From assembly GCA_001804285.1 (NCBI GenBank), contig MHFR01000048.1, forward strand, positions 43,622 through 107,621: a stretch of DNA of 64,000 nt, read 5' to 3'. The position numbers and the translations under genes are program-made. Source of the stretch: Candidatus Danuiimicrobium aquiferis (GTDB lineage Bacteria; Omnitrophota; Omnitrophia; Omnitrophales; Danuiimicrobiaceae). Below, piece by piece: positions 9,404-19,801 of this stretch (position 1 is the stretch's first letter; every line of letters starts with the position of its first letter). Below the pieces are notes generated by a model, which was given only the letters and a program-made list of their open reading frames with translations, was not told where the DNA came from and searched no databases.

Positions 9404-10216
9404 TCAACTTTTAATCCACTCGACAATATCCCGGGCAATCTCATCGACCGGAACGTCTTTCACGATTTTTGTTTGCCGTTGCTGCTGAGGCAGTTTTACG
9501 CTTGCGAAGGTAACGCCTTCGGCGCCAACTTTGGCCGCTTGCGCTTTCTGAAGCGCCGGCATGATGGTCCTCATATTCACCATTCCGATTTGCGGATTAT
9601 TCGGCGGTTCGGGCAGATTTCCCGTCGCCCAGCCGATAGCAATTGGAAGCGCGGAACAAACCGAAACTTGATATTGTCCGGCTTCAACACGTTCGAGAAT
9701 TTTAAACGAGCCGTCATTTTGAACCGTGAATTCGTCTACGGCGAGAAATTGATCGGTAATTCCCAAATGTTCGCCGATCAATTGGATGGTTGCACCGGCA
9801 TCGCGGGATGCGGAAGAACATCCGCCAAAAACCAGCAAGCGGGATTTGTCGAGGCCCGGAATTTTTTCGATTGCCCCGGCAAGGGTTTGTGCTACTTCCG
9901 CGGAGTCGGTAAATCCGCTTGAGGATCCGTCAATCGCGACGAGTTCAAATGCGGCTTTTTGCGCCATGGTCATCATTAATTGTTGAAGTTTTGCTTTCGG
10001 TCCGAGACTGACAAGCCAAACCTTACTGTCCCCACCGGTTTTTTTTGCCAAGTTGGCAGCTTCGTAAAGCGCGTGAGCGGCCCACGGATCGAGGACGGCC
10101 GGAAGCATCATTTCATTTTTGAGGGCCGGGCCCGTCGGGCTTTGAATCGGTTCAAGAGTTTGAAGCGGGTCCGGAACCAGACTTCCGCAGACGACGATAT
10201 GAAATCCTTGTGCCAT
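9404..10216 (-). CDS. etfB: Electron transfer flavoprotein beta subunit
   Basis: IVVCGSLVPD, DPWAAHALYEA and VSLGP. AGGAG RBS upstream of the ATG at 10216. Confidence 0.85.
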   Translation of the reverse strand: MAQGFHIVVCGSLVPDPLQTLEPIQSPTGPALKNEMMLPAVLDPWAAHALYEAANLAKKTGGDSKVWLVSLGPKAKLQQLMMTMAQKAAFELVAIDGSSSGFTDSAEVAQTLAGAIEKIPGLDKSRLLVFGGCSSASRDAGATIQLIGEHLGITDQFLAVDEFTVQNDGSFKILERVEAGQYQVSVCSALPIAIGWATGNLPEPPNNPQIGMVNMRTIMPALQKAQAAKVGAEGVTFASVKLPQQQRQTKIVKDVPVDEIARDIVEWIKS

Positions 10217-10260
10217 TGTCATATTCTCCTTATGAATGATGTTATGTAATTCTTGTTTTT

Positions 10261-10382
10261 TGTCATTGCGAAGCGGCAAACCGTAGAGGATATCGCTTCC
10301 GCCGAAGGCGGATCCGCCTCTGGCGGAGAAGCAATCTAAGGACCGGGATTGCTTCTCCCGCCTTTGGCGGGATCACAATGAT
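10261..10382. repeat. Family-D palindromic element (TGTCATTGCGA...GCAATCT...GATTGC...CAATGA)
   Basis: Homologous copy at 20327-20437, with nested ccgcc/ggcgg hairpins. Confidence 0.65.
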
Positions 10383-10506
10383 GTGTGAGAGTGTAATTAT
10401 ATTCATGAAATCAAATTTGGCCAGCTTCTTTTATGGTGAATTTGGGGTGAGGCTTATTATTTTTAATGTTAAGCATATAAAGCTGATAGACGACATATTA
10501 TTCAGA

Positions 10507-10655
10507 GTGTCTGTTTACCGTTTTGAAGTAATTATCTACCTGTTTTTCTGTCATTCCCGCGAAAGCGGGAATCCAGAATCTATGGATGCCCGCTGAAAAC
10601 ATGCGGGCATGACACAAGTGGGCGTATCCGCCACTTCAAAATGCTAAACAAATAT
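10507..10655. mobile_element. MITE-like element (TIR GTRTCTRTTTASCGTTTTGAAGT) enclosing a family-A palindrome
   Basis: Inverted homologue of 19000-19158. Flanks tattcaga/tattcgta resemble a decayed 8-bp TSD. Confidence 0.7.
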
Positions 10656-10733
10656 TATTCGTATAGGATTTAGCTGCAGGCACAATCAATTTTATATAAA
10701 AGTGATCATGGTTTAAAAAAGGGTTCCCTTTTT

Positions 10734-12572
10734 ATGGAATATCGCGTTGTTTTATATGAGTTGAATAAATGGTTAAATGACGAAGATGTCCTGAGAACCA
10801 TCGAAAGCGTCGGCGTTCCCAGCCGTAAAGAAGTTCTTAACCTGATCAAGCGCAATCGAGTGCTTTATATTAAAAGTCTTGAAGAATCAAAAGCCAGGGC
10901 GCTTGCCGATTTTTTTAAAGGCCGAGGAATTGATTGTGATCTTGAGCCGATGGAGCTCGACGATACGGTTCGAAATTGGATTTTAGAAGAAGGGAAGAAA
11001 TGGCTCAAACGGAGCTTTGTTTATCCTCATCATTTAGTGAGTATTTGGCGGAATTATGGATTAGAAGCGGCCGGTTCGGTTCTCCCGCCCGTTAAGGCAA
11101 AAGATCCTAAATCTCTCATTAAAACAATTCTCACCATCGGGGCGGTACTGATTGGGCTTGGCATTATTTTATTCATTGCTTCGAATTGGCAACGTTTTCC
11201 CAACAGCATGAAAATTATAGGCTCGACTGTTTCGACCCTTGCATTTCTTCACGCCGGTTATTATGTGAGAGAGAAATCGTTTGGTCCGAAGCATTTGACG
11301 AATGCGCTTTTTCTTATTTCCATTTTTAGCATTGGCAGCACGATTGCTTTAATTTCACAGATTTACCACGTTGAAGCCGATTCTTATATATTGCCGCTTA
11401 TCTGGGGATTCTTAGCCTTGCCGGTTTTCTTTTTCTTGGATTATTTTCCGGCTATTTATATCGCAAGTGGTTTATGGCTTTTAGCGAATGTTTTATATCA
11501 ATCTCTGATCGGGACGGCGCCCTGGTTTTATCCTTTATTGCTGCTTGGTTTTTTATTGCCTTATAGCGCTCGAAAAAAAGACGAAAACTTTTTTAATGTC
11601 AATTTGGTTTTTTTGATGGTGGCATTATCGATGACGACTATTGTCAAGGATTTCGTTGCAAGCTCAATTTGGGTTTTATCCCTAACGTATCTTCTTAAGC
11701 GGAAGAAAACAGAATTATATGAATATCTGGTAATGGCGGGGTTTTTTATTTGGAATATTAACTTCGTTCAAAATTTCGGACGGTTCCCGAACCTGCTCTA
11801 TCTGGTTATTCTTTTCTATTTTGTGAAGCGTGCCTTGAGTTTGCGGTCAAACGAAATGATGATTGTTTCCATTTTTAATGGGTTGTACTGGCTGTCGAGT
11901 TTTTATTGGCAGGCGGAGCGACGATTTAATCTTACTCCGCCGGATGGTTCGGATATTATTCTATATTTGATGAGCGTCGGAATGATTTTTTATGGAGCCG
12001 GGAAAAGAATACTTTCGAAAAGTGAGTGGAAAACGCTCGCGAATTTTTTATGTTACGGGGGGCTTGTTTTGGTGGCGTTGATGGTCTATGTTATGTCTTT
12101 CCGTTTTTATTCGTCGAGGGACAATTTCTTCCAATCCATTCCGTATCTGTTTAGTACGTTGTGTTTTACGGTTCTTAGTGTTTATTTAGCGCTTCCTTCT
12201 CTCGTGAAGGATTTCCAGACAGATCCCAGGAAAAAAGACGAAATTGGAATTTACGCGTTTACGGCAGGCGGGTTAATTTTGACGGTTCTTGTTCCGCCTT
12301 ACGCGGGCATTCATGTTGTTTTGTTTAATTTAATTCTTTTTTTTATGGCATTTATGTTTATGACAAAGGGACACCGGGAACAACGGATTGCATTTTACAA
12401 TTGGGGAATTGCGCTTTTTATTGTTTTGATTATTTCACGTTATACGGATACGTTGTGGGCGTTTTTATCCCGTTCAATATTTTTTATTTTAGGGGGTGTC
12501 TTTTTAATTTGTTGGGCGATCTTTATTGACCGGGAAAAGAAACGTATGGGAAAGGCGCAATCGGATGATTAA
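10734..12572 (+). CDS. DUF2157 multi-pass membrane protein
   Basis: GAVLIGLGIILFIASNW and IALISQIYH signatures. Paired with a GDYXXLXY gene. Confidence 0.85.
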   Translation: MEYRVVLYELNKWLNDEDVLRTIESVGVPSRKEVLNLIKRNRVLYIKSLEESKARALADFFKGRGIDCDLEPMELDDTVRNWILEEGKKWLKRSFVYPHHLVSIWRNYGLEAAGSVLPPVKAKDPKSLIKTILTIGAVLIGLGIILFIASNWQRFPNSMKIIGSTVSTLAFLHAGYYVREKSFGPKHLTNALFLISIFSIGSTIALISQIYHVEADSYILPLIWGFLALPVFFFLDYFPAIYIASGLWLLANVLYQSLIGTAPWFYPLLLLGFLLPYSARKKDENFFNVNLVFLMVALSMTTIVKDFVASSIWVLSLTYLLKRKKTELYEYLVMAGFFIWNINFVQNFGRFPNLLYLVILFYFVKRALSLRSNEMMIVSIFNGLYWLSSFYWQAERRFNLTPPDGSDIILYLMSVGMIFYGAGKRILSKSEWKTLANFLCYGGLVLVALMVYVMSFRFYSSRDNFFQSIPYLFSTLCFTVLSVYLALPSLVKDFQTDPRKKDEIGIYAFTAGGLILTVLVPPYAGIHVVLFNLILFFMAFMFMTKGHREQRIAFYNWGIALFIVLIISRYTDTLWAFLSRSIFFILGGVFLICWAIFIDREKKRMGKAQSDD

Positions 12573-13089
12573 ATTCAGTTTGAAACAAGGCCTTTGGCTG
12601 ACGACCCTGATTTGGGTATTAACCGTTGGCGGGGTGTGGGCTTCGCATGAATATGAACTCAGCCACGGCCGGGAAATCGTTTTAAAAACGATCCCGGTTG
12701 ATCCGATAGATTTTTTCCGGGGAGAGTATGTTAACTTGCGTTACGATATTTCTTCATTGGACCGGAAATTGATGCCTATGTTTTACGGGCAATCTTTTCC
12801 AAGAATGAGCCGGGACGCAAAAATTTATGCCAAACTTATTGAGAAAGATGGCGTATGGAATTCCGAGGGGTTTGTGTTTGAACGCCCTAAAGACGGAGTT
12901 TATTTACGGGGAAGAGTTTCTCTCTATGGCACGCCGCAGCTTAGGGTTAACTATGGGATCGAAAGTTATTTTGTCCCCGAAGGTGAAGCAAAAAAATATG
13001 AGGCTGCTCAAAATCAGAAACGTTTATATGCGGTGATTAATGTTACCTCTAAAGGCGTTGGCAAATTAAAACACCTCGAAATCCGCTGA
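12565..13089 (+). CDS. GDYXXLXY domain membrane-anchored protein
   Basis: PVDPIDFFRGEYVNLRY and YGIESYFVPEG. Confidence 0.88.
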   Translation: MIKFSLKQGLWLTTLIWVLTVGGVWASHEYELSHGREIVLKTIPVDPIDFFRGEYVNLRYDISSLDRKLMPMFYGQSFPRMSRDAKIYAKLIEKDGVWNSEGFVFERPKDGVYLRGRVSLYGTPQLRVNYGIESYFVPEGEAKKYEAAQNQKRLYAVINVTSKGVGKLKHLEIR

Positions 13090-13112
13090 AAAAACTGCCA
13101 GAATTAATAATC

Positions 13113-13138
13113 AATTCTCTGCAGAATGTAATCCGCCG
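13113..13138 (-). repeat. 26-bp direct repeat identical to the 3' end of the ETF-QO gene (14260-14285)
   Basis: aattctctgcagaatgtaatccgccg is present at both positions, flanking the TolB-like gene. Confidence 0.9.
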
Positions 13139-13175
13139 AAGCGCCGGCGCTTCGCCAGCCAATTTTTCGAGAGGC

Positions 13176-14222
13176 TTAGGTTTTTCTCGCGGGGATCCAA
13201 ACCGGATATTTATCGCTTTTCGGATGGGTTGTTACTTTGAACACCGACGTTCCGTCGGCTTTCATCACCAAAATATCGTCAAGACTATTTTTCGGATCTG
13301 GCGCCTGGTAAAATGCGGAAAAAACAACAAATTGTCCGTCCGGAGAAAACGAGGGAAGAAATTCCGCCCACTCGGAATGTTTTCCGCTTTGGCTTAAATC
13401 GACGACGGATTTCCCGTCGCGGTCGACTTTCAAAATATGCCAAATCCCGTTGCCCCAATTTTCACCCTTTGAACTCGTTGCCCGTTCAAAAACAATCCAT
13501 TGATCATCAGGGCTCCACTCGGGATCATAATTTCCTGCCGGAAAGACGGGCGTTGAAACGCCGGGACCGCCATCGTAGACGGTCCTGATATTTTTTCCTT
13601 GAGAATCCATGATTTTGATGACGAACCGGGGTGTCTTTTGATCGAGATACGCGAAAACGATTTCCTTCCCCGAATGCGACCATGCGGGATCCCCTTCGAT
13701 TGCGGCCGGTGTGTCCGTCAATGGCGTTAACTGTGTACCGTCCCGTTTGATTTTATAAATGTCGCTTTGTTCTTTGCCCTTTCGCTTCATGAGGAACACG
13801 ATCCACTCGCCGTCGGGGGAAAAGCTGTCACCCTCAGCGTGGTTTTTCGAATCCGTCAAACGTTGTTCAAGTTTGTTTTTTGTGTCAATGATCCACAGAG
13901 ATCGTTTATCCTCATCGCCCAAACCTTTGGGGGCCGTTGTGTCTTCTGCAGCCCTCGAGGCGACGATATATTGAGTCGTTTGATCAACACCAAGGATGAA
14001 ATGATGATATTTCGAATAGGTGATTCTGGTGGCGCCGCTTCCGTCGGTATTGATTGCGTAGATTTCAGACCGCCGGTCTTTGGTGTCGCGATTTGATGTT
14101 ATCAAGATATGCGCATTTTTGGGGATGGGCGTAATTTTAGCTTTTTTCGGTTGTTCGCCGTAAAGTGTTTTACCGGAGAGCAAGAAAAGCATCAAAAATA
14201 TGACAGATAGTTTTTTCATCAT
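13176..14222 (-). CDS. Exported TolB-like beta-propeller (PD40 repeats)
   Basis: Signal peptide and repeated SFSPDG/PAWS/PEWSPD with IYxxxxDG motifs. Confidence 0.85.
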   Translation of the reverse strand: MMKKLSVIFLMLFLLSGKTLYGEQPKKAKITPIPKNAHILITSNRDTKDRRSEIYAINTDGSGATRITYSKYHHFILGVDQTTQYIVASRAAEDTTAPKGLGDEDKRSLWIIDTKNKLEQRLTDSKNHAEGDSFSPDGEWIVFLMKRKGKEQSDIYKIKRDGTQLTPLTDTPAAIEGDPAWSHSGKEIVFAYLDQKTPRFVIKIMDSQGKNIRTVYDGGPGVSTPVFPAGNYDPEWSPDDQWIVFERATSSKGENWGNGIWHILKVDRDGKSVVDLSQSGKHSEWAEFLPSFSPDGQFVVFSAFYQAPDPKNSLDDILVMKADGTSVFKVTTHPKSDKYPVWIPARKT

Positions 14223-14257
14223 GATTCCTTTCTGACTTTATATTGTCAACGCTAATG

Positions 14258-16123
14258 CTAATTCTCTGCAGAATGTAATCCGCCGGAACCGGCACGGAAG
14301 TTGACGTTGGTGCGTTCCGGGTCAGTGTCATGGGGTTTTGCGCAAGTCCACATGCACGCGCCGCAGTGAATACATTTCTCGCGGTCGAATTGAGGCACCT
14401 GACCGTCTTCGCCGGGCGTGATGGCTTGGCCGGAGCAAATCTCAATACAGACTTTTGTTTTGCAGTCTTTGCACAGTTTTGTGTTAAGAAATGTGACATG
14501 GTCCGCAAAACCGCCCGCTGCCTGAACCTTGCCGCCCATGAGGAGTGCATCCTGATGCGAAACAAGCAATTTCCCGTCATATTGGATTTTGGGCCAGCCC
14601 GCTTTTTCCATTAAGGCGCTGTTGAGATATGTACCGGCACGAACGGTTTCCTCACGGGTTTTCGAGATTTCTTCGGGGCTGATAAGCCCTTTGTAATAGT
14701 CTTCAAGAGACGGAAAATGTTCATACAGGCGTTTTGATTTTCCGGAGAGATTCAATTTCCCACCGGTGAATCCGGAAATCGCCATTCCGATAAATCCTTT
14801 GACGAAGCCGTCATCAAATCCGTCCCGCGATTTTTCAGCCACTTTGGCTTCTTCTTCAATCCAGCTTGAGCGTCGCCGGTTCTCATACGCTTCCTGCAAA
14901 TTTTCTTTTGAGAAGGGTTTACCCGCCTTACAAAGTTCAATCACACCTTCCGCGAGTTGAATGCCCGTCATCCACGCTTCATCAACCCCGGAACCCGTTA
15001 AGACATTCGTGCTTCCGGAACCTTCGCCGATTCGGGCATATCCATCGCCCACGAGGAATGGTTCGCCGCGTTTTCCGGATTCCTGAAGCGATTTCGCGCC
15101 CCACGATTTCATGGTGCCGCCTTTTACATAACGCCAAATGTAGGGATGCATGAGCCAATATTGTAAATACCGGTAACTTGTCCGCGTGGGAGTGTTCATC
15201 CACGATGGAATAAACACGCCGACGGAAGCGAGGCGGTTCGGATACACATAGAAGAACCCGAAAATTTCCGGTTCTGGATATCCGAAAGTGTGAAATACGG
15301 TTCCCGGTTTGAGCGGGCAATCCTCGGGTAGTTCAATCACCATTTTCATTCCGACGGCCCATTCGCGCTGGTGATGATCTTTCGGCAATCCAAAATGTTG
15401 ATCGAGTTGTTGGCCGACGGCGCCGACGGGCCCGTCTCCCACGACCGTCAGATCGGCACGGATATCCATGCCGGGCATATAGCCTGCGTCCGGATTTCCG
15501 GCCTTGTCCGTTCCCTGATCCACTAACCGGATTCCGGAAACTTTTCCCCCGTCAAAAAATGCCGATTTAGCGGGCATTCCCGGCCAAACTTGAACGGCCC
15601 CGGAGGCCATGAGCTGCGAACCAACCCACGTATTGAATTGGCCGATTGAGAATACAAAACCGCCGTGTTTATTCATGAACGGAGGAATAAAGGGAACTTC
15701 AAATCCGTGTTTTTTGTAAAAAGGATTGATGCATTTTGTGGCGTTGATCAAGAAATCTGCGATCTTCAGGAGAGGAGACCTTCGGCTTTTTCCAATCGGG
15801 TCGAGCAAATAAATAAGTTTTTCGGAGGTCACGGGTGCGGCCATCGGAATTTGAGAAAGTTCTTCTGTGGTAAACGACTCACGGATTCCGCGTGCTTTCG
15901 TGACAACACCGGACGCGCCGAAACCGATATCGTCGGCGCGTTCATAGCAAATGACTTGTAACGGCATTCCCGGCATGGCTTTGCTTTGAAGGATGGGTTG
16001 AAGCGCCGGGTCCTGGAGTGCTTTTGAAAGGGTGGTGAGGAATCCGCCGGTTGCTGGGCCGAATCCGACACAGACGATATCGACGTTCATGCTTTGCCGT
16101 TCAATAGATGGCTCTGACTTCAT
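14258..16123 (-). CDS. ETF:quinone oxidoreductase-like (FixC-FixX fusion)
   Basis: FAD-binding VGFGPA and a C-terminal ferredoxin region (CKDCKTKVCIEIC; CIHCGAC). Confidence 0.85.
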   Translation of the reverse strand: MKSEPSIERQSMNVDIVCVGFGPATGGFLTTLSKALQDPALQPILQSKAMPGMPLQVICYERADDIGFGASGVVTKARGIRESFTTEELSQIPMAAPVTSEKLIYLLDPIGKSRRSPLLKIADFLINATKCINPFYKKHGFEVPFIPPFMNKHGGFVFSIGQFNTWVGSQLMASGAVQVWPGMPAKSAFFDGGKVSGIRLVDQGTDKAGNPDAGYMPGMDIRADLTVVGDGPVGAVGQQLDQHFGLPKDHHQREWAVGMKMVIELPEDCPLKPGTVFHTFGYPEPEIFGFFYVYPNRLASVGVFIPSWMNTPTRTSYRYLQYWLMHPYIWRYVKGGTMKSWGAKSLQESGKRGEPFLVGDGYARIGEGSGSTNVLTGSGVDEAWMTGIQLAEGVIELCKAGKPFSKENLQEAYENRRRSSWIEEEAKVAEKSRDGFDDGFVKGFIGMAISGFTGGKLNLSGKSKRLYEHFPSLEDYYKGLISPEEISKTREETVRAGTYLNSALMEKAGWPKIQYDGKLLVSHQDALLMGGKVQAAGGFADHVTFLNTKLCKDCKTKVCIEICSGQAITPGEDGQVPQFDREKCIHCGACMWTCAKPHDTDPERTNVNFRAGSGGLHSAEN

Positions 16124-16189
16124 TTTTTTTCTCTTTTGTTATGCGCGCATAAGTGCACAAGTGCACAGGGGCGCAAGGAAAATCGCGAC

Positions 16190-16242
16190 AAAAAAGGGGA
16201 CAGGCAATTGCTTAATATGAGTCATATGCCTGTCCCCTTTTT
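16190..16242. repeat. Terminator-like hairpin AAAAGGGGACAGGCA...TGCCTGTCCCCTTTT within a tgcacaag-type repeat tract
   Basis: Long inverted repeat. Its reverse complement matches in-frame copies at 33948-34000 and 44826-44884. Confidence 0.75.
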
Positions 16243-16313
16243 TGTTTCTTCATTGTTTCAACTTGTGCACTTGTGTTCTTGTGAGCCTGTGCGCTTATTC
16301 AATAACGACTTAA

Positions 16314-18401
16314 TTACGCCGGATAGTCCAAGGCTTCGGGAATCATCACCTGGCTGACGGCAAGCGCTGCGCGTTCCTTCGCCAAGCGATATCCTTTAAT
16401 GGATATGTCAACTTTTTCGCGAAGCTTTGAAAATGTCGAAATTTCTTCGTTTGTCAAATTCGGGTTGTAACCATAAACCAATTCCGCACAAATTCTTGCC
16501 GCTTCTTCACTGGCCCGTGCTGATTGAACTCTCGCCAAATCGGAAAAGAAAGTGACGAGCCCCGCCAAGCCTTCGGCGACAACCGGATTTTCAGGCCCTT
16601 TTGCTTTTAGTTCAAGCACGTCTATGATTTGACAATAGGAAGCAAGCAGCCAGCAAAGCGCATCTGCAAGCGGGAAAGTGACGCCTTGGCGCTGACCGTG
16701 GTAAACAGTTTTACCGTTCCAGTCTTTAGCGGTTTCGAGGTGTTTGAATGCCCAATACCAAACTTCCATTCCCGCGGCAAGCGCTCCGGCTCCGAGATCC
16801 GGATTCGCACCGTTGATTTTTTCAAGGTCCTTAATCCAGTTTTGAAGTTGCTGGAGAAACAGTGGGCTCGTCATGGTCACCGAAAGTTGCCGGCGTTGAA
16901 CGGCTTCCGGCCCTTCATAGGTGGCCTCAAGTTGCGAATCCATCCATTTTTGGCCGAGAAATCCGGGGCAATCTTCGGTGATGCCGTATCCGCCCATTAA
17001 ACTGACGGCTTCGCGCATAACGGTTGCGCCATAGCCTGTGTTCCAAAGTTTGCAGGCCGGGCAGAGAACGTTTGCGAGAGAATCTTGGACAACGAATTGA
17101 ACAAGCGGATCATTTCCCAATTCCTGGAATCGTTTTGCATCGCGTTTGTTCTCCGCAAGCTGTAACATTTTTAAATATTCGAGCGCATCTTCCTGCGGTT
17201 TTTTAAGCGCTTTCATTTGTGCGCGTGCTCCGGCAATTCCTTGTGCTTTGAAAATTTCTTCTTTCTTCGTTTCAACCGGATCGAATTCATCAAAGAGCCG
17301 TGCGGCTGTGAAACCGAGAGAAGCGCTTGCTTCGCCGGTTGCCCATATATCAACAAGACGTTGCACGGCATCTTCTTTCTGCTGAAGCCCCAAATCAAAA
17401 CGAGGAGTTCCAGCTGAAATTGAAGAGCCTCCCCGGAAACGGTTTCTTTGGTATCGAATCACAGGTTCAACCGCGGAAAGCAGTTTTGCAGAAGTCATAA
17501 TGCCGACCGTGACGCGCGTTCTGCGAAAGACAGCTTCAATGACTTCTGAATGTGAAAAGTTAGGAATAATCACGCCGTCTTTAACGGTGTATCCGCCGAT
17601 GATGCGGTTAGCGGGAACTTTGAGGCTGAAAATCGGATCATGGGTTGAAGAAAGCTGATGAACTAACTTGAGCGTTGGTGCGCCGCGATCATAAACGCCT
17701 GGATCTCCTTCTTCAAGAATGATCATGCAGCTTGTTTTAATTTTCGGATCATCCGTATCGACGGCGGCCGTGACAAAATTTGCAAAACCCATATTGGTGA
17801 TAAATCGTCCGCGTTTTTCGACGTGGAGAATCGGCTCTTTTCCTTCTTTCCATTCTGCAATGCGGACTTTTCCGGAAACAACTCCGGTATCGACGCCAAC
17901 GAACGGAAGCGGTTCGGTCAACGCAAAAGCGCCGCGCCAAGGTTTTTTATTTTTGTCGGAAGGGACGCAGAGGCTCATGTAGTGTTTCTTCTGTTCCGGC
18001 GTGCTTTTTTCGTGAATCGGCGAAAGGGCCAGATTTCCGGCCAAACTGCCGGTGGCAGCGCCCGCATCGACCCAGGAGAGTTCAAAAGCGACAAGCGCAA
18101 GTGCCATATTTTTCGGGCCTTCGATGAATCCGCCTTCATCCGGATCCATAAAAACGGAAGTGATACCGGCTTCATCCAGCGTAGTTAAAAGCTTGGCTTT
18201 TTCCGGCGTCCAATCATGCGTATTCCGGGCCCCGTCAGCTACTAAGCGTGCTACAATTCCGCGCGCGACTGAACGGGCGGATTGGACGACCATTTGAAGG
18301 TCGTAGCGATCCCGAAACCGCCACATAATTTGCCGGACGTCATCGCCGGGTAACGTGCTGAGTAAAGCTGTTGTGTTTTTTTCAGAACTTGCTGTGCTCA
18401 T
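16314..18401 (-). CDS. Acyl-CoA dehydrogenase
   Basis: GAFALTEP, GRFITN, MGGYG and TYEGPEAVQ. Cotranscribed with the ETF-QO gene. Confidence 0.9.
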   Translation of the reverse strand: MSTASSEKNTTALLSTLPGDDVRQIMWRFRDRYDLQMVVQSARSVARGIVARLVADGARNTHDWTPEKAKLLTTLDEAGITSVFMDPDEGGFIEGPKNMALALVAFELSWVDAGAATGSLAGNLALSPIHEKSTPEQKKHYMSLCVPSDKNKKPWRGAFALTEPLPFVGVDTGVVSGKVRIAEWKEGKEPILHVEKRGRFITNMGFANFVTAAVDTDDPKIKTSCMIILEEGDPGVYDRGAPTLKLVHQLSSTHDPIFSLKVPANRIIGGYTVKDGVIIPNFSHSEVIEAVFRRTRVTVGIMTSAKLLSAVEPVIRYQRNRFRGGSSISAGTPRFDLGLQQKEDAVQRLVDIWATGEASASLGFTAARLFDEFDPVETKKEEIFKAQGIAGARAQMKALKKPQEDALEYLKMLQLAENKRDAKRFQELGNDPLVQFVVQDSLANVLCPACKLWNTGYGATVMREAVSLMGGYGITEDCPGFLGQKWMDSQLEATYEGPEAVQRRQLSVTMTSPLFLQQLQNWIKDLEKINGANPDLGAGALAAGMEVWYWAFKHLETAKDWNGKTVYHGQRQGVTFPLADALCWLLASYCQIIDVLELKAKGPENPVVAEGLAGLVTFFSDLARVQSARASEEAARICAELVYGYNPNLTNEEISTFSKLREKVDISIKGYRLAKERAALAVSQVMIPEALDYPA

Positions 18402-18595
18402 GAAAATAGCCCCTTTTTAATAGGATTAACAGTTTAAAAATTACGCTTTTAATGATGGTATCTATATGAAAACCAGGCCTTTATGGCCCGCATATATTAA
18501 TGATGAATGCTTTGCGATGCAAGCGAAAAGCCACACCGGGCATATGTTTTTCCGTGACGGGCGGATAAGCTAAGATTATAATAACAAAAATTTTT

Positions 18596-18707
18596 GTATC
18601 TGTTTAGCGTTCTGAAGTTGACTTTCCTCCCTCACCCCTGCCCTCTCCCTCGGGGAGAGGGCAGGGGTGAGGGGGATTTGTTAATCTCTTCAAAATTTTA
18701 GATGTAT
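18596..18707. repeat. MITE-like TIR shell enclosing a family-B palindrome (CCCTCACCC..CCCTCTCCC..GGGAGAGGG..GGGTGAGGG)
   Basis: Left end gtatctgtttagcgttctgaagt. Similar copies at 19802, 27247 and 50636. Confidence 0.7.
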
Positions 18708-18745
18708 TTCCTATTTTTAAATTGAAGGAAAATGAATAGGTGAAT

Positions 18746-18949
18746 ATGAGCGCGACGAATTTAATAGCGGGAATTATCTTTGGGGGAATAGGATTTGTCG
18801 CTTTTATTTATGGAAAAAAGCAAGCCAGTTGGAAACCGCTTGCGATCGGCATCGCTTTAATGGCCTATCCTTATTTTGTTTCCAATACCATTGCGCTTTA
18901 CGCGATCGGAGGGCTTCTCACCCTTTCGTTATTCTTTTTTCATGATTAA
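18746..18949 (+). CDS. Small membrane protein
   Basis: Three hydrophobic segments with YGKKQ and LMAYPYFV, a conserved small-protein pattern. Confidence 0.7.
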   Translation: MSATNLIAGIIFGGIGFVAFIYGKKQASWKPLAIGIALMAYPYFVSNTIALYAIGGLLTLSLFFFHD

Positions 18950-18999
18950 ATTCTACTTGAAAAGAATGCCCGGCTCTGGGAAACTTAACCTTTCATTCT

Positions 19000-19158
19000 G
19001 TGTCTATTTAGCGTTTTGAAGTGGTGAACACGCCAGTTCGTGTCATGCCCGCATGCTTTAAGCGGGCATCCATAGTTGCTGGATTCCCGCTTTCGCGGGA
19101 ATGACAAAAAAGCGGACGACCTTTTATAGATAATCACTTCAAAGCGCTAAACAAATAC
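19000..19158. mobile_element. MITE with ~23-bp TIRs and an 8-bp target-site duplication (TTCATTCT)
   Basis: gtgtctatttagcgttttgaagt...acttcaaagcgctaaacaaatac, with ttcattct at 18992-18999 and 19159-19166. Confidence 0.8.
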
Positions 19159-19191
19159 TTCATTCTTAAATCGTCTCGGGAATAAGGATAT

Positions 19192-19785
19192 ATGGCAAAC
19201 AATAAACTGGTTTTAGATCTTGAAACGCAGAGGACGTTTGATGAAGTGGGGCGGGAAAACCTTCACAAGCTAAAGGTTTCGGTTGTCGGTGTGTATGATT
19301 ACGGGACGGATCGCTATCAAATTTATGGGGAATCCGAAATTCCCGAACTTGAAAAACGGATGCAGGCGGCGGAGCTGATCATCGGGTTTAATATTAAACG
19401 GTTTGACATGGTGGTGCTGCAACCGTATCTTTTTGCATCGGCTGAGCGATTTCCGGTGCTGGATTTAATGGAAGAAATCGAAAAAGTTCGCGGACATCGC
19501 GTGAGCCTGCAAAGCGTTGCGCAAGCGACACTTGGAGTAGGGAAAAGCGGGCATGGAATGGATGCGGTTCATTATTGGCGCGAAGGGAAAATGGAAGAAT
19601 TAAAGAAATATTGCTTAGATGATGTTAAGATTACAAAGGAAGTATACGAATACGGTTGTGCAAATCAGCGGATTTATTTTGTGTCAAACCGGGACTGGAA
19701 AAAATATGAAGTTCCGATTGCCTGGGGATCGGTTCCTGAGCCGGTAAAAGAAATAAAATCAGATTTCCCGAGCAGTTTATTTTAA
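19192..19785 (+). CDS. RNase H-like exonuclease domain protein (YprB/RNase_H_2-like)
   Basis: VLDLETQ, GFNIKRFD and YCLDDV DEDD-type motifs. Confidence 0.8.
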   Translation: MANNKLVLDLETQRTFDEVGRENLHKLKVSVVGVYDYGTDRYQIYGESEIPELEKRMQAAELIIGFNIKRFDMVVLQPYLFASAERFPVLDLMEEIEKVRGHRVSLQSVAQATLGVGKSGHGMDAVHYWREGKMEELKKYCLDDVKITKEVYEYGCANQRIYFVSNRDWKKYEVPIAWGSVPEPVKEIKSDFPSSLF

Positions 19786-19801
19786 TGGAAAACATGAACC
19801 A

